A stretch of 64,000 nt of DNA from the NCBI GenBank assembly GCA_965649765.1, contig OZ287749.1, positions 24,304,001 to 24,368,000 of the forward strand, in the 5' to 3' direction. Below the pieces are notes generated by a model. The model saw nothing but the letters and a program-made list of their open reading frames with translations, was not told the origin of the DNA and ran no database searches. Below are positions 1 through 15,000 of the stretch, piece after piece; positions within the stretch are counted from its first letter, which is position 1, and each line of letters starts with the position of its first letter. The position numbers and the translations under genes are program-made. The stretch is from Bispira polyomma (Eukaryota).

Positions 1-85
1 GCTGGTCTTTCCTACATTTGTCCACTATACTCTGTATAACATGTGGGGAGATCTTCACACACAGCAGTGGTCTGCCCTTAAACAC
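1..85 (-). CDS. IP3R-like exon 33 (truncated by window): VFKGRPLLCVKISPHVIQSIVDKCRKDQ
   Basis: ctactag acceptor; matches [21 protein letters not shown]. Confidence 0.85.
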   Translation of the reverse strand, partial: MFKGRPLLCVKISPHVIQSIVDKCRKDQ

Positions 86-3000
86 CTAGTAGAATATGGT
101 AAAAAAAGATAATGTAGAAATGAAGCCTAAAGAGACGAATATACCTGGCTAATTTTGCTTTAGAATCCGTCATCCGACATCCGTTTTTGTCATCCAAAAA
201 AAATTAAACTCAAAGAAAATAGAGAAGTGCAATACACCTGGTCAAAGGCAACTCCGAATCAGAAGCCAAATTTTCGAAATTGGAGAAAGACGAATATTTT
301 TTCGGATGACGTACGGAAATATGAAGTAAATTTAAATGATTTTTGTGAGGTGCAACACATACACATTTTTTTTTACATTCAAGCACCAGTACTAACAAAA
401 CTTAACAATAGAAATAACGACCAGTTTTCGGATGTAGTGTATCTGCAAATTCAGATTGACAGATTTGGATGCCAAATCGGTCAGGTATATTCACCCCTTT
501 CATGTGCCTACTTTATTGGCAATTAAGACTCCGCTAAAATAATGCATGTTTAAGTATAATCAATAGTAACCCTTGTAGTATTTTTCTCAAATTTCATAAA
601 CAATATCTTATTGAAGCAATCGGGCAGATTAAAAAGAGTAAAAAAAACTCTATGCCAAAGAATATTAAAACAACGGGTTTATGGATGATGTTATTCAATG
701 ATTAATTAGTGTAACATGTAACTGGAATTGTGAGCCATGACATTATTTTTACATTAACGCAATAGGCTCCAGTTCTAAAGAAAGTCAAATTCTACTGGTT
801 CTAGTTACAGAGAGTCATTACTGTACCAGGGGCCGTGGTGGCCTAGTGGTTATAAGCGTCTGCTTTAAAATCACCTCTGGGGAGCAAATCCCACAGATTC
901 CTCATATGAGAAAGTTTGTCAGGTACTTGCCGTAGGTCGGTGGTTTACAGTGCTTTAGCACTGGGTTCCCCCCACCACTAATCCTTGCCATTGCAATATG
1001 ACCAAAGCTATTGAAAGTGACATAATACCCAGATAAATTCAAATAAACTCTACACTGTACCTCCATTATAGCCAGAGCACACTGAGATCCTGAGGTCATC
1101 ACTCCATGCAGGAACTCTATGATGTTATCATACAGCCAGTCCTGGACAAACGCGTTACCTTGACACAGGTACCTTAACAGGGTGAGGGATATAGTGGTCA
1201 CCACTTCTACCATATTGTACCTCTCCTTGTGAAGAATAAAAAGGATTTACATGTTGACATAAGTAAGTAATACCAGGTATCACAATGAAAAAACAAAATA
1301 CTTAAAAATGATGAATGTTATTAAATCGTAATAATTATTGGTGCATGTGTGACATTACATCATTGCTTTAAATTGACAAACTGATTGCTTAAACATACAT
1401 CACAACAACATTTCCATGAACCTGGAGACATAGCGGTTACACATCTCACATATTGCGGACATTATAACCATGGTTAACATACTGCATACAATTAAAATCT
1501 CCAATAAATATGATTAAATGCAAAATTTATGAATTATGACGGCCGGGTTTTTAGGAATAATGGAATGACAACACACAGAGTTTTTGTGAATATTATGAAC
1601 ACATAAATATATTTTACTGCCACCAAAAGTTTGGAATCATACCTCCAGTTTGATATCAGCCACCTGGGTAGACAACTGTAGAATCACTTCTAAGATTCCT
1701 GGGGGAGAAAACAACATTAGTTAAAAAAAAAACAAGTAAGGTAACCTAATGGAGTGCATATCTCCACCAGGGTGTCACAGTACTAAAAAGTAAAACAATA
1801 TTCTTGGTTCTTCCATTCTACCTGGATACACTAGAAAATTGAATGATTTTTATCTTAGCCTATGCCCTGAATCCCTTTAGGATTTTTTATGTAATTTCGG
1901 TCAGTAGTATTTGTGGTATGCTACCATCCTACCACAACAGTCTATTTTAACGGTAAATATGATAACATATGACTTATACAACATAGGGTAATTTCACATG
2001 CACTCCTCATCTTTAACCTGCCACTGGAGATAGAACTTAGAGACAAAGGACTGCCATTTTAAGTGGTTATCTGAGTCTCTAGGCAAATGTGTGTTCACAT
2101 CTTGCCCAAGAATGTTTCCCACCAAATGAAACTAGCGGCCGGTATACTGGGAGTCAAACTCGGGACCTTCTGATCACCAGACCAACTCCCTAACCACTAG
2201 ACAATGGGGCGGATCATGGTTAATTGTCCTGGTTAACCAGGGTAGACAAACAGGTGACAACCCTGCTGACAATTATTATGGATCTACATCATGGCAGGGG
2301 GTATCGAGGATTGATTGGCGGGTAGAGGTAAGTTTTGTCAGTCAGAGTTTACCATGGCCAATCAGGGTACCACACTTAGGGTGTCACAAAGGAACAAAAA
2401 CGTTTGTACAGCGGTTTGACAATGTCAACTCACGGTTCAACAATCAGGGTTAACATTAGGATTAATGACGCTTATGACTATGGGGAGCAAGGGCCAACCA
2501 TGGTGAGTTAATCACGGAACAGTGCTAGATCCAGGGAAATTTTGAACATGTCCAAAACCTTCCCTTGGTCCAGCTCATCAGGGTACTTGCTTCAAGGGTC
2601 AGTCAGGACATGTCAGCATTTTAACAATGTGATAAAAGTGAGAAATTAAACCATGATGTGGGATTGGGGTGTAATACTGGTGACAAACAAATAAACCAAC
2701 CGATGAACACATTGAAAACACAACCTCCTTGATAGAGCCAATGATAGGTAATCAATGTGTCACATAAACGTGAAAAGACTAAGTTTTAGTTAAAATCTAC
2801 ATGCATATTCATTTAAAAATACATACCATTGTTGATGAGTATGTTTTGGGCAACAATGATTGATTCATCCAGTTTTCCTTTTACATGGCTAAGCCTAGAA
2901 TAATAAAAGCAAGAAACAAATAGAGTAACAATTATAACAATAATAAATATTAACAGCTTTCTAATGATACCAAAATGAAAATTTTAGGTCAAGTATTCAT

Positions 3001-6000
3001 AAATATACAGCCATTTATTCAATGTAAATTTCAGGAAAAAGTCATAAAATAAATAACGCGGAACTTGTAATTAAAATATATATTGAGCGAAACCCCTAAT
3101 TTTAACAGCGAAATAAGTACACAGTAAATCAGAAATACAACCTCTGCCACAGTTGATTTTGCCACACTTGATTCTGTCACACATTAAAGGGGTTTGACAT
3201 AATGCACCATTGTGGCAAAAATCATAGCCTTGTAAAAATTGTGGCGAAATCAATATGTGGCAAAATGAAGTGTGGCAAAATCATAGACAATCATCTCACT
3301 GTCACTGTTTATAAGAAATTGCACATATTCAATATTGTACCAATTGAAAAAAACTACATTGTAAACATATCTGAAACCTCTCTTATCTGAACATGGTGAG
3401 AGACGTAAGATTTTGTTCGGACAATAGAATGTTTATAAAATAGAAGATGCATTTTGATATAAAATAATAATTTTTTTTTTTTGAAAAATACAGTCAAACC
3501 TCTTTAAGTAGAACTATGATATGTGGAATTTACTGGGAAGTAAAAGTAATTTTAAGGTCCCATTTACCCTGTTAAGTAGAAGTTCTGTTAAGTAGAACAA
3601 ATTTTTATCGTCCCCTTCAGGGTTCCACTATATGTTCATAAAATCAAATATTCGGATAATTAAAGTGTACTGTATAAACGTCCACATTTTGGTGTTTCTT
3701 AATTCTATACTATAACAGTGACAACACATCCTTACTCTAAAAGCCTGTCCAATATTTGACACAATTCTGTAAATCCTTCATCATCTACTTTAGATTTCGC
3801 CAGTTTCCTCAGCTGAGGTATACAAGCCAAGGCCTCTCTTTGTATGGCCTCAGATTTGGCTGAAACAATGACCTGGAAAAGTAAAAAATACAGTTCCATT
3901 GAATAAATAAATAACAATAATGAAGTGTGAAAGGATTCTTGTATAAATACATTAATATACCACATATATCACAAGCAGACCATACCTTACAAGAGAAAAA
4001 AAATCTAAACTACAAGAGCACTTAGAACCTATGCCAAGGTGTAACAGTGGCAAAAATTAACAAAATGCCCATTATTATGTGACAGTGCAACCAAAACTAT
4101 CTATGTAGAGTCATTTTTTGGCTGGGCATCAGTACTGATGTCTCTTCATACTATGTTGTTTGCACTTCTTTGTTGCTTATTTTGCTACGGACCAGCAGGG
4201 TATCAATTTTTATATCCTCCCAAATACTCACCCAAAAAATTTCCTTTATATATCGGTAGTAGTTTTCTCACAGTCGCGAAAGAGTTAAAAGGTAAATTAA
4301 TGATTCCATCCACTCAGTACAGTTTGAGTAATTAGGCTTGTTACTGCATGCAATGAACATGTTGCGGCTGAGATAAAAATATGCGTCATTCTCTAGTGAT
4401 TTTCCTGTTATATAATGATTTATGTAATCAAATATAAAAATCTTGCATGTTTGATTTAAAATATACATTTTTTTGGCAATTGATAGAACTGGCAATTTCA
4501 ATCCAGATCTTGTGTTTTTATCTTAGTTTATAAATATTCCTGCATTTGGGCTGATATAAATATCTATATAAGTACCTGAGTTCTGGATGCCGTTCTTAAC
4601 AAGTCGTGTTTGGATGAGTAATATGTGTTCAACAAGGACAAGCACTTCCTTCTCAATGTGTTGTCCTCTACATTGGCTAGTGCCTAGAAATTGGTAAAAA
4701 AAAATTATAAATGACAAACTAAGCTGAACACATATTGGCCAGTGCCTAAAATTGGTCAACAATAATTACAAATAACGAAATTAAACTGAACATGCATAGT
4801 CATAAAAATAGAGGACTTTAATTTAAAAGTACTAGTCTTATCACAATGTTAGAAAAGAAGAAGCCATTTGTGTATCTTTGAAAAAAGTACTTTTAATCTA
4901 TAGTTTTGGAAATTTCTCTGAGCTTGTAAGTTACCACCAACCAGGTTTTAGTATTATCTTATGCACAGTCATGTACATGTAGAAGCGTTTATCAAATGAT
5001 GATCCTAATTTAGGCATATTTTGGACTTTGAACCTCTGTAACTCCCCCAGTTTTCAACATGTTTTAAATGTTAGTGGCTCAACTAATAGGTATGGAATGA
5101 CCTTGTTTAATAAATTACTCAGTTCAAGTTTACATTAGTACATCATATTCAGTAACTTTTAAATATATATTACATTTATTCATCAAAATTATGATATAAA
5201 ATTAGATTAACATAAAATTGCATCGTCTTACCTTTATTTATAATTATAATGGGTGTATGTGTATTTCGAAATTCAAAATGATTTTAAACAATACTTAAAA
5301 ATACATTTTGTTACAGTGACCTTAGTTTTCAGCAGTTTAAGTCAAAGAATTGCCTCGAATCAGGTGTTTCTTTAAATGAATAGTCCTTGCCTTCGGCTCG
5401 GACCGTTAATTTTAAAGAAACACCTTACTAGCCAATCTTAAGATTGGCCAGGAGAACTAGCAAAACTTGAGATTGGATTAAGATTGAAAACTAGCCCAAC
5501 TTAAGATTTAATACACAAGCCGTTCTGTCCCTTTTCGTGAGTCCGTCAACATATCAGCAAGGTATCTCGCCAAATGGGGACAGATTATTCGATTTATGCA
5601 TTGTGGTAAAGTCAATAGAGAAATTGAATTGTAATTGCTAATTGTAATTATGACTTTATACTGTCTATATAAATCAAACCCTACAATGCCATACCCTAAA
5701 AGTCAAGATGGCTACTTGTAAAGTTAAAAACTATGTTTCTATGTTATGTTCCTGCGTATCATGTTCCAATCTCAAGTTGGGCTAGTTTTCAATCTTAATC
5801 CAATCTCAAGTTTTGCTAGATTTCCTGGTCAATCTTAAGATTGGCTAGTAAGATGGGCTGGTGGTCCATCTTAAGATAGGCTGGCAAACTTATAATCCTA
5901 AGTTGGGCTATAGCTCATCTTAAGGTTGGCCAAATTGTAAATTGTGCTACAACATTTACAATGACAAAAATAAATCAGCCATTGAATACAGTATGCTATG

Positions 6001-9000
6001 TATAAATAAATAGTAGAATTATTTAGAACACATGTGTTTTTTTCCATTTTTGCCTTTCTTCCATCACCTTTCTGTACATAGAATATTACATATAATACTG
6101 AATTGGCAATATTGTCCCATATTTGGCATAACATATAAAATGCACGCAGTGAAAAGTTTACACTGTCACTTGGTCACAAATAGGATCATAGTTTGATCGC
6201 TGGCTTTAGTCCAATCACAGAAGGAAAAATAAACATATTAAATATTTCTATACATACAATGGCCATAACATTTGGTGGAATCATAAATAAATGCCATACC
6301 TATTAGTTGAGCCACAAACATTTAAAAAATGTTGAAAACTGGGGGAGTTATAGAGGGTCAAAGTCCAAAATATGCCTAAATTAGGATCATCATTTGATAA
6401 ACGCTTCTACAATATAATAGTAAAACTACCACAGGAGTGGTGGATATTAAAAAAATATATGACCAAAGAAAATAAACAGTCCAATAATGGTAGGGCGAGT
6501 ATTGTTTTGTCTTATACCAATTGGTATATTTTCTAAATAGATTTACTATTGCAAGCATTAAATTACAGTAAAACCTTGTTTTATACAGAAAATGCTTCGT
6601 TTATTTTATGAACCTTTTATTATCTTAACAAAATCATGCTCTCCCAGCATGTTCAGACAATAGAGGTTTCACTGTACTTATGATTAGTATAATATATACA
6701 TACAAATAATGTTTTAGCCACTTCATCTCCCACAAAGTCAGCTTTGTTGGACATTTCTCTGAGTAACATCCCAACCTTGACCTTCAGGGTGAAATGATCC
6801 CTGCCAAAAAAAGTACAGTAATGTCTTGACTTACGATTAACCCTTTTGAACCTAAGAGAAAAGTATTGACGAAAACTGAAGGAACTGTTTCACAAATAGG
6901 TTACAGATAGCTAGAGTCACTAAAAGACACACCACAGACTACTTCCAGCATTCAAATAAGGGCCTCACGCATAATTTCTTATATGGAAAAGTCTGCTGTA
7001 TTAACGATTTCCTATTGTGTGAAACTGAAGGAAAATATAATAATGTTTTTAGGGTGTTGACTGCTGACAGACATAGATATAGGTTCTGGGAGTAATAAAT
7101 GCCGTCAGCTGCTAGTTGACGACATAGTTGTCGAAAGAGTTAATAAACAAAATTCTCCAAGGATTTCTAACAGTTTTAGAGTAACAAGTCTTTGTCTCTG
7201 GATTACAATTTCGAAACATAGAAATGTGGGTCCTTTTATGTTTCCTCCAAAATGTTGTCAGTCGTGTTTATAATCTAACAACAGCTTCACTAATAGTTTG
7301 CAAAAGAATAGTCCCCTAATAGGGGAGGGGCCGTGGTTATGCATAGTGGTTAGAATATCTTGCTTCACAATCACTGGTCTCTCATCAATGTGGGTTTAAA
7401 TCCTGTTTGTTTACTTCCTGTGGGAAAGTTTGTCAGGTACTAGCCTTAGGTCGGTGGTTTACCACACTGTTTTCTTTCCCCCATTGAATCTGGCTGTTGT
7501 AATATGACCTAAGCTGTTGAAAGTGACATAAAACTCAACTAAATTCCATTCTAACCTACCATATTCCTGAACTATCGTAGTCATCACTAAGCAGTGGGGC
7601 CAAGGTGGGTCTTCTAAACTGACAAATTTTAGACTGTTGTATCTTTTCCTGTAAGTCTTTGAATGATCCCAACAAAAACTGCAAAAACAAAACATCATAT
7701 AATAATTATATTTAAATATTTCTATACACCTTATCAATGTGAACACTTTTTTTTATTAAGCTTTGAAAAGTACAAATAAGTTTGTAGATTAACATATTCA
7801 TCTGGATGTAAATTACAATTGTACACATAAAACAGTTACTATGGTAAGACTATTACCTCACTCACTCGTAAAGACCATGCAACATCATTTCCTTGATATA
7901 AAAATCAATATCTCTACATTTTAAACTTAAAAGCAACCACATAAAGTTAGTTTTATTTATTTATTTTACTTGTTTGTATTTTTATTAAAATAGCAGAAAC
8001 AGACAAACAACAGTCACCTTCATTCTTCTCCAGAACTGTTTAGCAAGCAGTATATCAACCAGCTCTAGTGACCTGAAGAATGGGAAAACAGGGCTAATAT
8101 TTACAAAGATTCTAAAGGGCTTTACAGACACCCGATGACATGACACAACACTACAAAAAATTAGAGGTAAGATAATATATACAGCTTTACAGACTGCTCC
8201 CTACACAACACTTCACCTCACTACACAACACAGCAATTGGGCGGGGGGCTTTATTACAGAAAATTTGGTAACCAAAATATTATGAAAATGTGCATGTGAT
8301 TTAACTTTTAAAAAGGCGGGAGGGGGGGGGGTGCTATTTATGTGCACCAGAGAATGGATGGTTGACCAGTGACCAGGTTGAAGAGATGTCTGTGTGTAGC
8401 TGGCCGAATACCGGCCCATGGTGGTTTCAAAATTACTACCTGGTAATTATTTATCTTGGCCGTTTCAAGACCACAAAAATTGGTCTTGCGATGGCCTGGC
8501 CATTTCTGTGCATCAGTAAATGCTATGTATAATGTATGATTCACCAGGTTAAAGAGATGTGTTTTGTAGTTGGCCGAATACCAGCCCATGACAGTTTCAA
8601 AACAGCTACCTATTTATCTTGGCCGTTTCAGCATCAAGATTGGTTCTAAAATGACTTGGCCGTTTCAGGAGCTATCAAAAAATAATTTACATGTCTAATT
8701 TATTGTTCAGTGAGTATATCCTTACCATATTCCAATGAATGTATATTGAATAAATTAACATATCTCCATGATTATTGAAGCTAGAAAAATAACAGTTAAA
8801 TGTCCAGGAAGCTAAATTAATGCAGTTTTTAGTTGTTTTTACCCAATTCAAATTCATTGAACATTGGCTGAGATATATATGAAGTAACAGGAAAAAATAT
8901 GTTGTTAAATATTCGACATTTAAACAACATTGAATATGTCCACTGTTTATTATTCTATTTGAATTGATACAGTGAATGTTTGATTTTTGCTTACTTTATA

Positions 9001-12000
9001 CCAGTACTACTAGGCCATTGTCATTTCGAAACTGCCAAGCCTTTTTACAACTTACCAAAGGTCCCGAAATTTCGAAATGGCAATCGGTCACAAATGGCAA
9101 GACTAGTCACATGTACATTCAATTAGACAAGATTGTATTGACTGTAGTAAGACCTGTACTTGTGTCTACTGTGAACCAGACAAGGCTATGTGTAGGGGGC
9201 AATTTCGACCCCCTCACAGTTGTTTGATAAATCAGTTGCAATTATGAAATAAATCAGTTGCAATTATGAAATAGTTAAGTTGTCAGTGTTGTACACTTGA
9301 AAATTCTACCGTATTGGTTAAAATCAAGCAAAAAATTTTATTAAAATAAATCTTAAACATTTACTCTTTGGGTGTCAAAACGGCCACGACAAGTAAGCAC
9401 TGGGGTTGGGTGTCAAAACGACACCCCTCTGGGGCGTAATGGCGCGTAACACTATGTATGGTTCACCATGTTGTAGAAATGTGTTTACATAAGATTGTAC
9501 TTACTGTAATAAGACCTGTACTTGTGTTCTCCCCACTTCTGTGTTCACATCTCCAGTCATACGAGTCCCATCCCTGATGTAATTCATCACAAATCCTCGG
9601 ATATGCTGTAGTTCCTTCTGAGAACAGACTATGTTCAGCTGAATCAGAGTTGTCATCAGATGCAGCACCTTATTAATAAAGTAAATACTAGAGTTACAAA
9701 GAAAAAACTACACAACTTTACCACATAATTATATATATAGAGCTATCATACAAAGTTACATGTTGTACCAATGAACTTCCATGTAACAGTATCATTGTAA
9801 CCTGACAAGCTTGTATCTGTCGAATCTTGTTGTTTCCTAAGTATGGTAAAATCTACACCCAACCCAAACATGTTGAGAGAGCAATATTTTGATCGGATAA
9901 TATAAGGTTCATAAAATAGTAGAGCTATTTTACTTATTTTTTATCAAAGGTAAATATATTTTGGGAGACCAGTGTGAAATAATCCTTGACAAAATCGTAT
10001 ATTCGGATAATAGAAGTTTTTATAATAGAGGCTCTAGTGTATATAGATCCCTCAAATACCAGTCAAAATGAAAGAATACTTATCTGGGACGACCTGGCAG
10101 AGGTAGATACATACTGGCTTGGATGACTACCTTAAAATGGTGGTCATCTTTATTGGATGCTATTCTCAGTGGCAGGTTAAAGAACCTTAAGGATATTGAT
10201 AAATGGTTATCCTTAAGTCATGGCCTCTCTTGTTAGTTAGGCGAATGACAGTTACAGCGGCTGGTTGGCTGAACTTGGGCCGTCAAGAAAAGGTTATTTA
10301 GTGCTTTGATTACCAGACAAAGGTAGATAACTGAGTATAAGTTTGTACACAAAAGACAATAATACATTGGGTGATGCCATATGGGTCTACTAGCACACCG
10401 AATGTGTAACAACCCACCTCCTTGATGAATATGTTTCTGTCTGCATTCATGCTGTGCATTCTGGGATTACTCTTACAAAAGCCTTTGACCCATTCTTTCA
10501 AACCATGGTATGTGTCATACGTAACCTCTTCCTTTAATAGATAGGAAAATACAACAGGTCATCTGCATGAAAATGAAGTAAACTAAAACTCTTAAAATGT
10601 CCCAAAAAGCAAAGATGGTTTAGCAGCAAGCTTCCAAAACTTGGATGTTTCAATTTGGGTTTAACGTCACTCGTGACCTCTTCCTTTAATAGATAATAAC
10701 ATACAACAAGTCATCTGCATGAGCATGAAGTACACGAAAACTCTTTAAATGTCCCAGAAGACAAAGACGGTTTAACAGCAAGCTTCCCAAACTTGGATTG
10801 TTTTAGTTTGGGTTTCACTTTCACATTTTACAATTTTTTCTGCTACATCACAACGGCAGTTCGCTGATGGAGAAAATTAGAACAGCGTAATTGGTCAAGG
10901 TTTTCTGCTCTAAAAACAACCAGCCTTCAGTCGGTCTACTGACAACATTCCTGTATACGCTCTCAGGCCAAAATTCGAACCCACAATGGCAGAGATGGGA
11001 TGCGAGTGTGACAGGCCTAAAACATTATTCTAATGCACAAGGGTACAGCTTAGCAATAGAGTATACCGATAAAATCAAAATTGTTGGCAGCATACTTCAC
11101 TGCAGAAGTTTATTATTTTAGTTTTAAATAAGGCAAAATTTTGTTAGCTTTCTTATTTTGTTTTACCAAATACACCAATATACTATGAAGGTGGATAGTA
11201 TATTAAGAATGGATCTATGAGCTATTTTTGATGTATAGGTATTCTATACTGATACACATACCATATGGAGAACTTCCGATCACCCGACACCAACTCCCCA
11301 GCCCTGAGCCGAATTGGGAATTGAGAACCTTCTGATCATTATTAAATAATATTAAGTAGCAATAATAATTACTTCACCTCTATTTCTTCTGGGTTCAATG
11401 CCTTTAAGCTGATGTGTTCAAACATGAAGTTGTTGCTTTGCATCCTGGATACATTAGATTGTGTTGCATCTACCTCAAAGAACAAACCTGTAATAACAGC
11501 AGTATATATTAAGGCTACCTGTGACAATTCGAATTAAATTTGGAAAAAACATTTGTCTTGAGCCAACTTCATCCAGGCCATCCAGTAAATATGGCTCTCA
11601 TATGCCTTCGTTGGGCAGTAGGAGCTACTTCAGAATAGATTTAGCCTTCCTTCAGGTTGGCTCTAAAACTGTCATCCATTTAGAAATATGCTTAAAACTG
11701 ATCTATTTTGGTTAGGTTTCCCCTTTGAGGTGGGTTCATGCCCTAGTGATGATTAAAGATGAAGTGGATGATATCTTTGACTATTCCTTTTAGATATGAC
11801 TCTGGATGTGTGTGTTGAAGACTGTTTACTGTGAATCAGGCCCATCCTGCAGTAATAACAGGTTGCAAATATTGTGGTACTGAAGGACAGAAAAATAACA
11901 ATGTTAGGTGTCGACTGCTTGCTGTTCTACTTCATGTGAATAACAACAAATATTATCAACCGCGCTAGGTAACAATATTTATCAACTCGAATATTTACAA

Positions 12001-15000
12001 ATATAGGTTATTGCCATATAATTATTATTCAAGCATTAAAATAGCGTTTTATTGATATATTACCTTCAGAAGCACTCATTCTCTGAAAGAAATAATAGTT
12101 CTACGACATATATAGCCTTGGTCGTCATCAGTGGGCAAAGGCAGGCTAACATCTGGCGCAAGGATGTTTTCTCCAAATGAACCTTGTCGTATTATTAAAA
12201 CATATTCACAACCTTCACTATAGGCTTGACTTGGGTACAAGTTAGAGGTTTCTCTGAAAGAGGGCTTGATATAATTTTTTTTTATTTTGCCCAATTGATC
12301 TCTGCAATAGGGTCTTGTATAAACTTTTTTGATTTTGTTAATAAAATATTGTTTTTGGAGAGGTTTACATACCTGTAATGAGCTGACATACCGGTTGTAA
12401 GGAGTTGACACCCATAATGAGCTGACATACCTGTAATGAGCTGACATACCTGTAATGAATTGACATATCTGTAATGAGCTGACATACCTGTAATGAGCTG
12501 ACATACCAGTGCTCTCACACTGTCTGGTACCTTGGACTTGGAGAGAATGTGGAATGCTGTCTCCCAAGTAAAGAGATCACTGGTCTGTGTCAGTAGTTCT
12601 AGAGCTCTTTGGTTCTGACCCTAAACGACCACAGGTAACAATTGTTCATATGTATGCAGATGTGAGACCAGTATGGCCTTATACCAGCACAGATTAGCAG
12701 TATATCAAAAAAAAAGTTACTTCTCTTGTTTTAGTTTTTAAACCAGAACTTTTTAATGGCTCATTGAATCGATGACTCAAATTACAGTAATATGACTTCT
12801 GCATTCGTCAGCTTTATATGTATTAAATTGTAGTTTTTGTTAGAAGATAAAATAAAAATAGAATTTTACATACGAAGCACAACTTCTTGTATAATTGCAG
12901 CTGTTTGGTGAAAAAGGTCACATTGGTGTGATTATCTTCTTCCACCTACAGAAAATAACACAAATAAACACATATTTAGTGCAATATTACAGTTAAAATT
13001 CCATGTCCAGGCATGAGGGAATAATCTCATATATTATTCAGATCATTCAGTCTAAACAGCAATTATAGTAAAATCTAAAAGAATGGTACCACTACAAGCA
13101 AATGGCAAGGTTTTCACAATATAACTACAGTAGAACCTTCATTAGCTGAACATCTCCTATTTTATACTGAAGTACCTTTGCTATTTTATGAACTTTCTAT
13201 TATCCAAACAAATTATGGCTGTCCAAAACAAGATAATAAATAATGTGTAAAATATTTGAAATTTTTTTTAGTAAATACAGCAGGAATTTGGTAATTATTT
13301 GAATTTGTCATGTTAGAATCGAAATAATACATTCCAAACTATGATATACAGTAATTTTGACCACTCTTGGAGCATCTTCGCCATCGTCTTACTACGCCTC
13401 CAATCATGGTAAACATTACTGTTAATTATGGTTATTCCTTGATTACCAGATAGCCGTTGTTTCTTACCACAAATTTGGCCAGACTTGTCCAGTGTTCTCC
13501 ATTGTCAGTAGATATATAGACATCATTTCCCCTCCCAATTTGCTTGCCATGTATAAGATGACATAAACTCTCCTGATAGGAAGTAAAAATAGGTTAATTT
13601 GTTACAACATGGCAATTAGAATTGATAATCTTCTATTCTCTAGTTATTTAAAATGGATCATATTTGTTCTTTAGTGGTCTTCCATGAACTCAAAAGTATA
13701 TAAAAAAAAGCCTGGTAAGAGGCCAGTGATTTTGAAGCAGGAGATTCTAATCTCTAGGCCCCACTAAATTCTAGTTACACCTAAATAGACTAATTCATTC
13801 CGCCAAGGAGGTTACATTTTCAGCCATGTTTGTTTGTTCATTTGTTTGTCACCAGGATTACACACAAAAGTACTAAACTTATTCATATGAAATTTGATCA
13901 ACGGGTTAGATCTAGGAAGGAATCCATTACATTTTCAATGGGTTAGATATGAGCCTAGAAAGAATCCATTACATTTTCAATGGGTTAGATATGAGCCTAG
14001 AAAGAATCCATTACATTTTAATGGGTTAGATATGAGCCTAGGAAGAATCAATTACATTTGCAATAGGTTAGATATGAGCCTAGGAACAATCCATTACATT
14101 TGCAATGGGTTAGATATGAGCCTAGGAAGAATCAATTACATTTGCAATAGGTTAGATATGAGCCTAGGAACAATCCATTACATTTGCAATGGGTTAGATA
14201 TGAGCCTAGGAAGAATCAATTACATTTTCAATGGGTTAGATATGAGCCTAGGAAGAATCCATTACATTTTCAATGGGTTAGATATGAGCCTAGAAAGAAT
14301 CCATTACATTTGCAATGGGTTAGATATGAGCCTAGGAAGAATCCATTACATTTTAATGGGTTAGATATGAGCCTAGGAAGAATCAATTACATTTGCAATA
14401 GGTTAGATATGAGCCTAGGAACAATCCATTACATTTTCAATGGGTTAGATATGAGCCTAGAAAGAATCCATTACATTTTCAATGGGTTAGATATGAGCCT
14501 AGGAAGAATCCATTACATTTTCAATGGGTTAGATATGAGCCTAGAAAGAATCCATTACATTTGCAATGGGTTAGATATGAGCCTAGGAAGAATCCATTAC
14601 ATTTTAATGGGTTAGATATGAGCCTAGGAAGAATCAATTACATTTGCAATAGGTTAGATATGAGCCTAGGAACAATCCATTACATTTGCAATGGGTTAGA
14701 TATGAGCCTAGGAAGAATCAATTACATTTTCAATGGGTTAGATATGAGCCTAGGAAGAATCCATTACATTTTCAATGGGTTAGATATGAGCCTAGGAAGA
14801 ATCAATTACATTTTCAATGGGTTAGATATGAGTCTAGGAAGAATCCGTTACATTTTCAAAGGGTTAGATATGAGCCTAGGAAGAATCCATTACATTTTTA
14901 ATGGGTTAGATATGAGCCTAGGAAGAATCCATTACATTTTTAACAGGTTAGATATGAGCCTAGGAAGAATCCATTACATTTTTGCTTGGATTCACATAGA

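Noticed and set aside
829-900. tRNA genes
   Set aside because: A/B-box sequences are SINE heads followed by SINE bodies; no cloverleaf
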